A DNA stretch of 64,000 nt from Patescibacteria group bacterium (GCA_022711335.1 JAKLFF010000001.1:131016-195015), one strand, 5' to 3'; shown: positions 27,119-37,041, counted from the first letter of the stretch. Made by a program: numbers and translations. The notes: generated by a model from the sequence alone, not told the origin.

Positions 27119-28051
27119 TTACTTCCTTTTCCTGAAATCCACGCAACCTTCCTTGATCGCCAGCGTGCATTTGCAATGCGGCACCACGCAGTTTTTCACT
27201 TTTTTATGAAGTTTCATTTTTCCTTTGAACATATTGCCCAATCTTTCCCGGTCGTGCGGGCAGCGCGTGATAGAACCGCCCGGATTGATCCGGATCAGAT
27301 TCATTCCGGCCGTGCAGGGAACGCCGGTGAAGCTCAAATTGTCAAAGCTGGCCGCCCGGTCGATTTCGGATGGAATAAAATCATAAAAAACTTTCCGATC
27401 TTCTTCCGTATAAGCCTTGGGATATAATTTGCCACCGTACGCGCCTCGAAAAACTTTGGCTTGAAGCTCAAATCCTTCATCCTCGAATTTTTTATAAATC
27501 TCCGGAAATCTCGGAATAAGCGGCGGATACATGACATAATTTATTTCCACCCGGAAACCAGCCTCGCGAAGCTTCTTCACTTTAGAGAGTAAATCTTCTA
27601 CTGAAAATCCCTGCCTTTCCCGCTCCCCCAAATGCATTGAGACATAAAAAGACCAGATATTTTTCGGGCTTATCTTGGAAATAAATTCGTCGATCGGAAG
27701 GCTTAAATTAGTCCCAATAGTGATTAGATGCTTTTCGGACAGCCTTTTCACTATTTCCACGAATTTTGGATAAACAAACGGCTCTCCGCCGGAAATCTGG
27801 ATATACCAGCGCTTCCCGGTTTCATCAAAAAACTTTCCGATTTCCTCCGGAGTTGCAAAGCGGGTTTTGTATGGGTCGAGAGCAGGCACTTTTTTTCTCA
27901 CCCAGTCAGCCGCCCGGGTTTTCATGCTTCGCTGGCTGTCGTCGTAAAAACAATAGGGGCAGCGGAAATTGCATTCCAGGTTCAGTAGCCACATGGCAAT
28001 TTTGTCATATTCTTTTTTTTCGGGTGATTTTTCGTTCATACAGTTACACAC
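27119..28051 (-). CDS. Radical SAM domain protein with Cys-rich C-terminal (SPASM/twitch-like) region
   Basis: CNFRCPYC (CxxxCxxC) cluster motif, GGEP glycine-rich SAM-binding motif, 6 C-terminal Cys. Start codon is ambiguous (several in-frame Met near the N-terminus). Confidence 0.7.
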   Translation of the reverse strand: MCNCMNEKSPEKKEYDKIAMWLLNLECNFRCPYCFYDDSQRSMKTRAADWVRKKVPALDPYKTRFATPEEIGKFFDETGKRWYIQISGGEPFVYPKFVEIVKRLSEKHLITIGTNLSLPIDEFISKISPKNIWSFYVSMHLGERERQGFSVEDLLSKVKKLREAGFRVEINYVMYPPLIPRFPEIYKKFEDEGFELQAKVFRGAYGGKLYPKAYTEEDRKVFYDFIPSEIDRAASFDNLSFTGVPCTAGMNLIRINPGGSITRCPHDRERLGNMFKGKMKLHKKVKNCVVPHCKCTLAIKEGCVDFRKRK

Positions 28052-28198
28052 AAGAACTTAAAATTTTTAAAAGCCAACTCGAATCCTAAAAATTATAGCT
28101 AAAATTTTTCCTCAATCAACGGCTGCTAAAGAAAAATTTTAGATAATTTTTGAATTCTCGGACAATAGCTTTTAAAAATGTTAAGTTCTTGAAAAATA

Positions 28199-29656
28199 CT
28201 AATTTTTTAATTTAAACTGACTGCAAGCTCCCAACCAGCTTCCCAGAATCGTCCAGGCGAAAATCTGATAGACAAAGTCCATGGAAGGCGCTTCCACCAG
28301 TGAAATCGGAATCATTATAGTGAAAAGGAGAAGCGGAATCATGCCGAGCATTTTGAAATCGATTGAAAAATTTTTACCCCAAAAATAAATTTCTTCCTTC
28401 CCTTTCGGATATCTGATATAACTTTTGACAGAATAGTAAATGGCGCCCAGCATATACAAAAAATACAAAACTATCCCCAGAATTCCTCCTTCCAGAAAAA
28501 AGCGGATGAAATCATTGTGGGGATATACGTTTCCGCTTTCCTTTCCCTGGACGTTTCGAATCGTGTTTTCAAAGGTGCCGATGCCATACCCGAAAATCGG
28601 GCTTTTTTTGGCGGCAAAGAGAGCCATGTCCCAAATTTCCCGCCGTCCGTACATTGAATCAAACATATGGCTTTCAAAAATTCCCGCAATCCTTTCCCGG
28701 GTTTTTTCAAAAACCAAAACTAAAGCCGCCGCTAAGGATCCCAGATAGACAAGCGGTATGCGAAAATAAGGCCGGACCAATCCTATGGCTAAAAGGGAAA
28801 GGGCAAAGCCTATCCAGGCAGTCCGGGAATAAGTCAGGATTAGGAATAAAAATAATATTGCAAGAGGGATAAATTTTAAAAACTTTTCAATATTTTTTCG
28901 GTTGCCGGCACTTTTTTTCTTTACAGAAAAAAAGGCTACTGCCGCAACTGTCAAAACCACAAAAAGATAAGATCCGAAAGTATTGGAATGCGGAAAAGTT
29001 CCCCTTATCCTTCCCAAACCCGAATCTCCTTCATAGAGATAATCGCCCATAAGAAGCTGGGAGATAGCAAATACTGCCGGAATAATTGAAGATAAAACAA
29101 CTATTGAAAGCAATTCCAGATATTTCTCCTTTTTTCCCATAAACAAATATCCCAAAAAATAAGCGGCAAAACCGGAAATCAGATAAAGTTCGAAAACCAA
29201 GCCGTCCATTTTATATTTTGACTGCAAAAATATGACCAGGCTCAAAATAGCCGAGGCTGGCAAAACAAAAGAAAGAGGAATTTTAAACAGCAACCCCCTT
29301 TTTTTTATAAGTTCGATTCCGGCAAAGAAAAGAATGACAAGGCAAGAAAGCGAAAAAGGATTTATATATAGATCTTTGACCGAAATAAAATTTTGCAGAA
29401 AAGAGCCGATGTTTATCTGGTAAGCGTCTGCTCCGATAAGATAAGGAATGAAGAAAACAAGCGCTAAAAAGACGTTCGAGGCGCTGAAATAAGAAAAAAG
29501 AAGCACCGCCATAAAAATCAGCGCTCCTGCGACCAGCCTGGGATTTTGGGCGGAATAGCCGAAAATTACGGAATAAAGAAAAAATAGGACAAACACAAAA
29601 AGAGCGCAGATATACACCTTTGATCGCTGTTCCGTTTTCTGGTTCAAATCGGCCAT
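28199..29656 (-). CDS. O-antigen ligase/Wzy-like polytopic membrane protein
   Basis: About 12 TM helices. Wzy_C-type motif YSRTAWIGFALSLLAIG in a periplasmic loop. Confidence 0.6.
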   Translation of the reverse strand: MADLNQKTEQRSKVYICALFVFVLFFLYSVIFGYSAQNPRLVAGALIFMAVLLFSYFSASNVFLALVFFIPYLIGADAYQINIGSFLQNFISVKDLYINPFSLSCLVILFFAGIELIKKRGLLFKIPLSFVLPASAILSLVIFLQSKYKMDGLVFELYLISGFAAYFLGYLFMGKKEKYLELLSIVVLSSIIPAVFAISQLLMGDYLYEGDSGLGRIRGTFPHSNTFGSYLFVVLTVAAVAFFSVKKKSAGNRKNIEKFLKFIPLAILFLFLILTYSRTAWIGFALSLLAIGLVRPYFRIPLVYLGSLAAALVLVFEKTRERIAGIFESHMFDSMYGRREIWDMALFAAKKSPIFGYGIGTFENTIRNVQGKESGNVYPHNDFIRFFLEGGILGIVLYFLYMLGAIYYSVKSYIRYPKGKEEIYFWGKNFSIDFKMLGMIPLLLFTIMIPISLVEAPSMDFVYQIFAWTILGSWLGACSQFKLKN

Positions 29657-29702
29657 GCGCGCGGTTTGTTAATTTTGCGATTTTACCTTAAAATTATAGC
29701 AT

Positions 29703-30959
29703 ATGGAAAATTCCAAAACAATTATTTTTCTTTCAGAAATGCCAGTGACAAATGGAGTCATCCAGGCCCAGATGCTACCGATTGTTTTTGCTGCGGCTGG
29801 CGAAGGATATAAAACATATCTTGTTGAAACGATCAGCCGATTCGATAGCCAGGAAAATTATCGAAAAATTGTCAAAAAGAAGCTTGAAAAAAAAGGCATA
29901 CATCTTCTAAAAATAAAAGTTCCGCGCTATACATTATTTCCTTCTATTTTATATTTCACCTTGAAAACATGCCCCAAGGTCAGAAAAGTTTGGAAAAAGA
30001 ACGGAAAATCCAAAGTTATCATTTATGCCAGAAATTATAAATTCTGCTTGGTGCTTATCATAAATAAAATTTTCCGCCACATTAGTTTCATATACAGCCC
30101 GCGCGGAGCTTATGTGGCTGAGCGAAAATATTACAAAAAAATCAAGGATGTTCTTTTTGGAAATCTAATCGGTTTTTTTGAAAAAAAAGCGATCAAAAAA
30201 AGTGCTAAAACAGTGGTGGAAACGGCATATTTCAAAAAGCACCTGGAAGAAATATATGGCATAGAAAGCGATAAAATTTCCCTAATCCCCAATTATTACG
30301 ATGGTTCCCTCCTTCCTCTTTCTGGCTGGAACCGGGAAAAAATGCGCGAGAAGCTCGGTTATCAGAATAAAAAAGTAATTGTTTATGCCGGAACCATTGA
30401 AGTTTGGTATGAATTCGAAAAAATGTTCGATTTAGTTGCGAGATTGAAAAAGAAGGAACCGGGCGTATTTTTCCAGCTTTTTACAAAAAAAGATTATGCA
30501 CGGGATGAATCCAAAGGGCTTTTTGAAAAGCTGCAAGATATGGCGAAAAAACACGGCTTGTCGGAAAACACTGATTATTCAATTTCATCTTATCCTCCAG
30601 GGGAGCGCTATCAATATCTTTCCGCCTGCGACGCGGGCATCTGCCTGACTACACCTCAAGAATTCAAGACTATGATGCTATATCTGAAAATTGTCGATTA
30701 TCTTGGCGCCGGACTTCCGGTTATCGTAAATTCAGAAGTCAAATCAGCCGTAGAAATAATAAAAAACTTCGGTATCGGAGCAGTTGTCGACTATAACAAT
30801 TGGGACAATTCGATTTCAATAATCGATCCAAATTCTTTTTTCGGAAAATCTGGCAAAAATAGCATTGAATACAAAAAGTTTTCTTCTCTAAATATTCTTC
30901 CCGCATATCTGGATCTTTTCAGCTCTGTTTTTGAAAAAAATGAAAAAAAACGAACTTAG
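29703..30959 (+). CDS. Putative GT-B fold glycosyltransferase
   Basis: C-terminal segment YLGAGLPVIVNSEV resembles the GT-B nucleotide-sugar binding half. No clean EX7E. Tail-to-tail 4-bp overlap with the next gene. Confidence 0.4.
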   Translation: MENSKTIIFLSEMPVTNGVIQAQMLPIVFAAAGEGYKTYLVETISRFDSQENYRKIVKKKLEKKGIHLLKIKVPRYTLFPSILYFTLKTCPKVRKVWKKNGKSKVIIYARNYKFCLVLIINKIFRHISFIYSPRGAYVAERKYYKKIKDVLFGNLIGFFEKKAIKKSAKTVVETAYFKKHLEEIYGIESDKISLIPNYYDGSLLPLSGWNREKMREKLGYQNKKVIVYAGTIEVWYEFEKMFDLVARLKKKEPGVFFQLFTKKDYARDESKGLFEKLQDMAKKHGLSENTDYSISSYPPGERYQYLSACDAGICLTTPQEFKTMMLYLKIVDYLGAGLPVIVNSEVKSAVEIIKNFGIGAVVDYNNWDNSISIIDPNSFFGKSGKNSIEYKKFSSLNILPAYLDLFSSVFEKNEKKRT

Positions 30960-31996
30960 TGAATTTTTTTTTCAGCTTGATTGCTCTTGTTGATTAGCTT
31001 ATTGATAAATTCAATATCCTTCTCCCAGCGCAGCTGATCCCTGATGAGAAAAGCATCGATTTTTCCTTTTATTTTAAAGCGATTTTCCCAAGCTTCTTCT
31101 ATTTTTTTCCTGAGATCCTCCGGACTCATATCTGAAAACAAGGCTGCTTCGCCAAAATAATGGCGCAAAACTTCGTTATCGGTTGTAACAAATGGTTTCT
31201 CAAGAGCCATGATTTCGCGAATCGACCAAAGCACTGTGTCTTTTCTTTTGGTAAGAGCCAGAACCACGTCGCACTTTTCCATAAGCCTTATAAATTTCTT
31301 ATGATTGATATAACCCGTTAGCACGACATTTTTCGGATATCTAAGCTCTGACGCTTTCGTATAATCTCCGGTTAGAAAAAAAAGATTTTCCGGCATAAGC
31401 CTTGCCGCTGCGATTACTTCTTTCCAGGCATCGTCCGCTGCAAACCGGTTCACCATAAAAACCTTAAGCCCTAGTTGTCCGGCGAGCTTTTTAGAAATAA
31501 AATCAGGAAGATCCTCCTCTTCATTCAGAATTTCTTCAAGTTTTGGATTATAAAACTGAAGGACATAGCCGTTTTTGATCCCCCATTTCTTTTCGGCGAA
31601 TTCCAGATTTTTATAATTATGAAAGGTTGTCAGAGCGGCGCGCCGAGATAAAAATTTCTGAAGCGGATGGAAATAAATCCACTTTTTGTCTAGGTATGCC
31701 GTATGCGAATCGATCGCATAAGAGGCTTTATTAAAAAGGCAGTATATATACACTGTCAGCACGGCAAAAATAGGAGGATTTTGAACATATATGAAGCGCG
31801 GCCTTAATTTTCTTAATTTTCTGTAAGTGTCCGCTCCTTGAATAAAATAGCGAAAAAGCGCAGGAATATTTATGTTCCCCCATTTTTTCCGATATGAAAC
31901 GATTATTTTGGCATCCAGGCTTTTCCCCAAAAACTGGCTAAGTTTCACTTCCCTGGCCCAGATAACAAAAGCTTTCCTCATATTATTTGGTTTCAA
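30956..31996 (-). CDS. Putative glycosyltransferase (GT-B-like C-terminal half); function unconfirmed
   Basis: 346-aa ORF in the operon with GT4 and the initiating transferase. C-terminal VVLTGY...LEKPFVTTD pattern. Confidence 0.4.
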   Translation of the reverse strand: MKPNNMRKAFVIWAREVKLSQFLGKSLDAKIIVSYRKKWGNINIPALFRYFIQGADTYRKLRKLRPRFIYVQNPPIFAVLTVYIYCLFNKASYAIDSHTAYLDKKWIYFHPLQKFLSRRAALTTFHNYKNLEFAEKKWGIKNGYVLQFYNPKLEEILNEEEDLPDFISKKLAGQLGLKVFMVNRFAADDAWKEVIAAARLMPENLFFLTGDYTKASELRYPKNVVLTGYINHKKFIRLMEKCDVVLALTKRKDTVLWSIREIMALEKPFVTTDNEVLRHYFGEAALFSDMSPEDLRKKIEEAWENRFKIKGKIDAFLIRDQLRWEKDIEFINKLINKSNQAEKKIH

Positions 31997-33206
31997 AAAT
32001 CATTATACCTGGATTATTGAAAATAAATTCATAAGCAGTCATGAGCTCTTCCCGGGATGATTCTTCGCGGAAATTATTTTTCACTCTTTCCTGGCCGTAT
32101 TTGCCCTTGGTCAGCCGAAGTCCCGGATCATCGATGAGTTTTAGAATAGCCTTGGCAAACTTTAATTCATTGTTGTTTTTTACGAAAATAGCCGCTTCTC
32201 CGGCGCTTCTTTTCGCTTCTTTGAGATCATAAGCTACCAAAGGAAGTCCTGCATACATGTATTCTAACACTTTTTTGTGAAGAGAGTTATTAGTGTATTC
32301 GTTTCGCGGCTCCGGCATAAGGCCCACCTGGGAACTATAAAGATAGGTAGAGATAACTTTGGCATCCGCCCAGCCGGTGAAAATGACGTTTGACTCAATT
32401 CCAAATTTTTTAGCCATATTTTTGAGGCGTTCGAAATCATCCCCGTCTCCCATAAGAACAAAGCCGATGTCTTTTCTTCCCATATCCCTTACGATAATTT
32501 TAATGCTTCCTAAAAGCTTGTCCACACCGTCTTGCGGCCCCATAACTCCGATGTAGGAGCAAATATATCTGAATTTCTTTTTGGCAGCGTCAGCCAAAAC
32601 TTTATCCGCCAGTTTTTTACTGATTATATTTTTATCTGGAACAGAACGGACAATAAAGCTTTTTTTCCGGTCTTTTACTCTGGATAATATTTTTTCCAGT
32701 CCGGATTGGCAAGTTGCTATGTGGACATCAGCAACCTTATAACTTAACTTTTCAAGATAAAGCAATATCTTATAGAGAAAGTGTTTTTTGCTTTTTTTGA
32801 ATCTGGCCAGAAGCATTTCTGGCATGAGATCATGCTGATCATAAACAAATTTAACCCCGAAAGGCTTAAAAAGCAGCGCGACCAGAAAGAAAAAATCAGG
32901 AGGATTGGCCGTGTGAATAACGGAAAATCCGCGCTGAAAATATACTTTAACTGCCAAAATCATAGTGTTTAGAAGAGAATAGCCATATTCCCATAAATAA
33001 TCGAAATATCCTTCTGATTTGGGAGGTTTCAAATATCGGTATATAAAAATACCGTCAATTACATCGAATTTGGACTGGCTTTTGTTTCGCGGAGAAATAA
33101 CTGACACCTCGAAACCGTTTCTCTGAAGCGCTGCTGCTTCCATCCAAACACGCCGATCCTGGGGGACAGGCAGATTTTGCACTAAAAATAAAACAGATTT
33201 CTTCAT
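31983..33206 (-). CDS. GT4-family glycosyltransferase
   Basis: Typical GT4 N-terminus and C-terminal E...E motif region (GLMPEPRNEYTNNSLHKKVLEYMYAGLPLVAYD). Confidence 0.8.
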   Translation of the reverse strand: MKKSVLFLVQNLPVPQDRRVWMEAAALQRNGFEVSVISPRNKSQSKFDVIDGIFIYRYLKPPKSEGYFDYLWEYGYSLLNTMILAVKVYFQRGFSVIHTANPPDFFFLVALLFKPFGVKFVYDQHDLMPEMLLARFKKSKKHFLYKILLYLEKLSYKVADVHIATCQSGLEKILSRVKDRKKSFIVRSVPDKNIISKKLADKVLADAAKKKFRYICSYIGVMGPQDGVDKLLGSIKIIVRDMGRKDIGFVLMGDGDDFERLKNMAKKFGIESNVIFTGWADAKVISTYLYSSQVGLMPEPRNEYTNNSLHKKVLEYMYAGLPLVAYDLKEAKRSAGEAAIFVKNNNELKFAKAILKLIDDPGLRLTKGKYGQERVKNNFREESSREELMTAYEFIFNNPGIMIFETK

Positions 33207-33859
33207 TATTTTTTAAGATTTTTAATCATGAATAGAGCGGTCTCAAGCATAATTGCCAGATCCAGCATCAGGGACTTATTTAAAATATAATTCAAGTCGT
33301 ATTCGATGTTTTCATGGATAAGTTTTTTCCGATTGCCTTTTATCTGCCAAAGGCCGGTTATTCCCGGTTTTATGGAAAGACGCCTTTTTTCAAAATCGTT
33401 ATATTCTTTCACGATAAATTCCATTTCCGGCCGCGGGCCGACTATGCTCATCTCGCCTTTAATGACATTTATAAACTGCGGAATTTCATCGATTCCGGTT
33501 TTTCTCAAGAATCTTCCGACTTTTGTAATTCTTTTGTCGTTTTCTGTAGTTGGAGAATAGGCATATCCAACATTTCCTTTCATGGAACGAAATTTATAAA
33601 GATAAAAAATCTTTCCATTTTTCCCTACTCTCTGTTGTTTTATTATAGCAGGTCCAGGCGATGTAAAAACTATCAAAATAGGGATGAAAAGAAAGAGGGG
33701 GCCAAATACGATAAGGATCATCGCGGAAAAAACTATATCAATTATTCTTTTCAGAAAAGCATAAAAAAGTTCGGAAAGGTTTTTTGTTGTTTCCGTTCTG
33801 CCGCTTAGCGCGTATATTTTTTGAGATTCTATGCAATAATCAGTTGAAAATCTATTCAT
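33206..33859 (-). CDS. Polyprenyl-phosphate sugar phosphotransferase (small PglC/WbaP C-terminal-domain type 'bacterial sugar transferase')
   Basis: Single TM helix. Motifs KQQRVGKNGKIFYLYKFRSM and VGPRPE. Confidence 0.85.
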   Translation of the reverse strand: MNRFSTDYCIESQKIYALSGRTETTKNLSELFYAFLKRIIDIVFSAMILIVFGPLFLFIPILIVFTSPGPAIIKQQRVGKNGKIFYLYKFRSMKGNVGYAYSPTTENDKRITKVGRFLRKTGIDEIPQFINVIKGEMSIVGPRPEMEFIVKEYNDFEKRRLSIKPGITGLWQIKGNRKKLIHENIEYDLNYILNKSLMLDLAIMLETALFMIKNLKK

Positions 33860-33875
33860 TCTTTTGCGTTAATAT

Positions 33876-34790
33876 TTAGAATTCTCCCCGAAGAAGCTTG
33901 TTGAGCCTTTCTTTGACTTCTTCCGGAGTTGCTTCGCGGATAACCGGTTTTTCCGGCACTTCTTCTTTTTTTACTTCTGATTTTTCAGCCGATTTAACGA
34001 TTTTTTCGGAAAACAAAAAGTTCTCGGCAATTGGAAGATTTTCCGGAGCAGTTGATTTTTTCCCCATCTGAATGGCAGTTTCTTTTTTTTCAAGTCCGAA
34101 AGGTTTTTTATCAAATGTCAGCGGCTCTATTTCCGGCTTAATAATCATCCGAGGCAATTTTCGGACGGTCGCAGAAAATTTTATTCTTTGAGCTTTAGTT
34201 CCCACGCCGAGCATTTCTAAAAAATTGTTAATAATAAAGACCATAAAAGCTCCCAGGATTCCTCCAAAAATACCCTCTGCGGCAAGTATCCAGGCGCTCT
34301 TTTCAAGCCCATAGCTGATAATCGGCCCGTCAACGATTCTTATTTCCAATTCTGTTCTGATGTCATAATACTGGCTCATCACCCCGGCAATTTCCAAACC
34401 GGCTTGTCGGCTCAAATCTTCAGCTTGGGTCTGGCTTTTGTCAAAAATGATTATTTTTACCATTGAACTGTCGTCTATTTTTTCTGTCCTGATTCTTGAC
34501 TCCCAATAGGCTTTCCTTTTATAGCCAGGAAGCTCTTCAATATCATCGTCAATCAATGCATCATTGGAAAAAAGAATCCTGTCATAGAAAGAAAGCGTTT
34601 TGGGAATCTCTTTTACGCTGTTTATAATCTGGCTGATATTTTTTGAAACCGCGTCGTTTCTGGGAACGATCAAAACATCCGTTTCCGCTTTATAGGTCCG
34701 GTTTATATTAATAAGCGCGACAAAAACTGCTATTGAGGCTGCCGTTGAGAACCAAATATAGAATTTTAACTGTTTTTTATCGTTCGCCAT
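33876..34790 (-). CDS. Wzz/PCP-like chain-length-determinant-type protein
   Basis: N-terminal TM, about 150-aa extracytoplasmic region, second TM (AWILAAEGIFGGILGAFMVFII), then a charged C-terminal tail. Confidence 0.45.
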   Translation of the reverse strand: MANDKKQLKFYIWFSTAASIAVFVALININRTYKAETDVLIVPRNDAVSKNISQIINSVKEIPKTLSFYDRILFSNDALIDDDIEELPGYKRKAYWESRIRTEKIDDSSMVKIIIFDKSQTQAEDLSRQAGLEIAGVMSQYYDIRTELEIRIVDGPIISYGLEKSAWILAAEGIFGGILGAFMVFIINNFLEMLGVGTKAQRIKFSATVRKLPRMIIKPEIEPLTFDKKPFGLEKKETAIQMGKKSTAPENLPIAENFLFSEKIVKSAEKSEVKKEEVPEKPVIREATPEEVKERLNKLLRGEF

Positions 34791-35037
34791 TCTGGTAATA
34801 AGCCTTATTTAAGCCTAATTATATTGGATAATTTAACTTACTATTGTAGCACTAATAATAAAATTGTCAAGTCTGCCCGCAAGCCTAAAAATGGCTGCTG
34901 CTAGCACTACGGCATCTATATTCGCGCCTTTTTAATTATCGACTGCAGGATTTTTTTCTCGCTTGTAAAAAAGTGTTTTAGCGCAAAAAAAAGCGCGCCT
35001 GGCGCTTTTTTGTTAGGATGATTTATTCTGTTTTTTT

Positions 35038-36189
35038 CTAAAGTTGAACTTTTATTTCCATTTCCCGGGAATCCCTTATAATTGTAAGTTTAATTTCTTC
35101 CCCCTTTTTATACTTGTAAAGCAAATCAGGAAAGCTTTTATCTTCGCTGATTTTTTCTCCGTTGACTTGGGTTATTATGTCATTAATTTTAAGATCTGAT
35201 TTTGAAGCTGGAGAACCGGAGATAATTGCCAGGCCCTGCTGTCCAGAAGAGGAATAAACTAGAGCGCCTTCGCTTTGGGGCAAATTATTAGTCAGCGAGT
35301 AAGTTTTTGTCAGAGGGATATAATAAACTCCCAGCTGATAATTATTGTCCAGTTCTTTTTTTATAGCGCGGTCCATAACCAATTTTATCTTGTTTGAAGG
35401 AATTCCAAAATAATCAAGCTGGCTTTCTTTTTCAACTGAACCTAAAACTCCAATCACTTGGCCGGAATAATCAACAAGAGGCCCTCCGACATAATCTTTT
35501 CCTAAATCGACGTTAAATTCAAAAATTCCTTCCAATTTATCGGACATTGAAAGCGCTTTCCCCGATAAATTATATGTAGGGTTGAAGCTGGAAATTTGTC
35601 CGGAGGCGTATCGGTTTCGATATCCTCCCTGATTATTTCCTATGCCGACAATTTTTTCTCCTGATTTTACATCGTCAGAATTTCCAAAAGAAATTGCCGG
35701 GAGATTGCTGGCATTTATTTTCAAAAACACCAGATTGCTCCATAAATCAACGCTGGATATTTCGGCATCATACACGTTTCCGTCGGCGGCGATTATCTTA
35801 TATCTGGAATTTTCCGAATTTATGGCTCCAAGACAGGTCATAATCAAGCCATCGCTGGTTATAATTACGCCGGCTCCATTTTTGGAAAGAGCCGCAGCGC
35901 CAACATTGGCGCTTTTGGAATTTTTAGTTTCAGAATTGGGATAGGAAATGATATTTACTACTGATGAGGAAACTTGATTGGCAATTTTATCCAAAGAAGA
36001 CTCTTCCTTGACATAAACCTGCTCTGTTTTGTTGATTACAGTAACATTTTCCGCCGACTTTTTTAAAAATTCGTATTTCGAAAAAAGTTTGGTGGCAATA
36101 AGGTGGGGAAACAAATAACGGTCGGCAACAATGCCGCTTATGCCGGAAACAAAAATTATAAGTATTATAAAAAGTATTTTCTTGAACAT
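35038..36189 (-). CDS. HtrA/DegP-like trypsin-fold + PDZ protein with degenerate catalytic triad (His and Ser positions substituted): probable pseudo-protease
   Basis: Aligns to the canonical paralog at 39741-41027. The His motif (A)TNKHVV corresponds here to MTCLGAI. GNSGGPL corresponds to DYVGGPL (Ser to Val). The Asp motif (DLWSNLVFLKI) and PDZ are retained. Confidence 0.6.
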   Translation of the reverse strand: MFKKILFIILIIFVSGISGIVADRYLFPHLIATKLFSKYEFLKKSAENVTVINKTEQVYVKEESSLDKIANQVSSSVVNIISYPNSETKNSKSANVGAAALSKNGAGVIITSDGLIMTCLGAINSENSRYKIIAADGNVYDAEISSVDLWSNLVFLKINASNLPAISFGNSDDVKSGEKIVGIGNNQGGYRNRYASGQISSFNPTYNLSGKALSMSDKLEGIFEFNVDLGKDYVGGPLVDYSGQVIGVLGSVEKESQLDYFGIPSNKIKLVMDRAIKKELDNNYQLGVYYIPLTKTYSLTNNLPQSEGALVYSSSGQQGLAIISGSPASKSDLKINDIITQVNGEKISEDKSFPDLLYKYKKGEEIKLTIIRDSREMEIKVQL

Positions 36190-36282
36190 TTTACTAGAAT
36201 TTAGATTTAGAATAAAAATATAGCCTAGTGAATATTGAGAAAAAGTTACTCAAAATTCAAAATTCGCAATTCAAAATTCTAT

Positions 36283-37038
36283 TTATATGACCGGTATCCA
36301 TTTGGCGCTCATAAGAACGAACCCGACGAGGAAAGCTACTAGTACCGCATTAGAAGCTACCCTTTTTTTGCTTAAAATATCTTGAAAATAGCATTGGGTT
36401 ATATCCCAAATCATATAATAGAGTATAAGCGCGATCACTCCGGTCGTCAAATATCCAAACGGCCAATAATTCATTGTCCAGATTATTTCTGCCATGATAA
36501 GCGCCAGAATAAAGCTATATACCCAGACTGTTGTTTTTGGATGCGAATCTGATTTTTGCAAATAAACCAGAGAAAAATACTGGAAGCTGACCAGAAGGGT
36601 GGCTATCGCATAAACTGCCATAAGGGCGTACAGAGGAACGAGAAAATTAAGATAAAGCCCGTAGGCGCCGGCATAAGTGAAAAAAATGGTGGATATCGCT
36701 GAAGCCATAATCATTCCTTTGGCTGTTTTGTCTCCTTCATATTGCCCTAGACGAAATGCTCCCAGCAAAGACAAATAATACATCAGGGAGACCAGGACTA
36801 TAAAAATTTGCTGCTCATAAAAAAGGCCGACCAGATAGAGTAGCGAGATGCTAGAAACAGTGAAAAAGGCAGGAAGTATCGAATGTTTCCATTTTCCGCC
36901 AGATTTTTTCCCGAAATAAATGGAAAGAAAAATAAGAAAAAAAGCCACCACGAAAACATGGCGGTGAAATAGGACGATGAGCTCAAGCCCAATCAAAAAT
37001 ATCAGACTGAATAATAATGAGCGGAGTTTTAAAAACAC
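36283..37038 (-). CDS. Hypothetical polytopic membrane protein (about 8 TM)
   Basis: 251-aa hydrophobic ORF directly downstream of clpB. No recognisable motif. Confidence 0.5.
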   Translation of the reverse strand: MFLKLRSLLFSLIFLIGLELIVLFHRHVFVVAFFLIFLSIYFGKKSGGKWKHSILPAFFTVSSISLLYLVGLFYEQQIFIVLVSLMYYLSLLGAFRLGQYEGDKTAKGMIMASAISTIFFTYAGAYGLYLNFLVPLYALMAVYAIATLLVSFQYFSLVYLQKSDSHPKTTVWVYSFILALIMAEIIWTMNYWPFGYLTTGVIALILYYMIWDITQCYFQDILSKKRVASNAVLVAFLVGFVLMSAKWIPVI

Positions 37039-37041
37039 AAT

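Noticed and set aside
26936-27427. 163-aa plus-strand ORF (and 27334-27537 minus) overlapping the REP region / radical SAM gene
   Set aside because: It is antisense to the radical SAM CDS and runs through the REP-like palindromes. It has no motifs.
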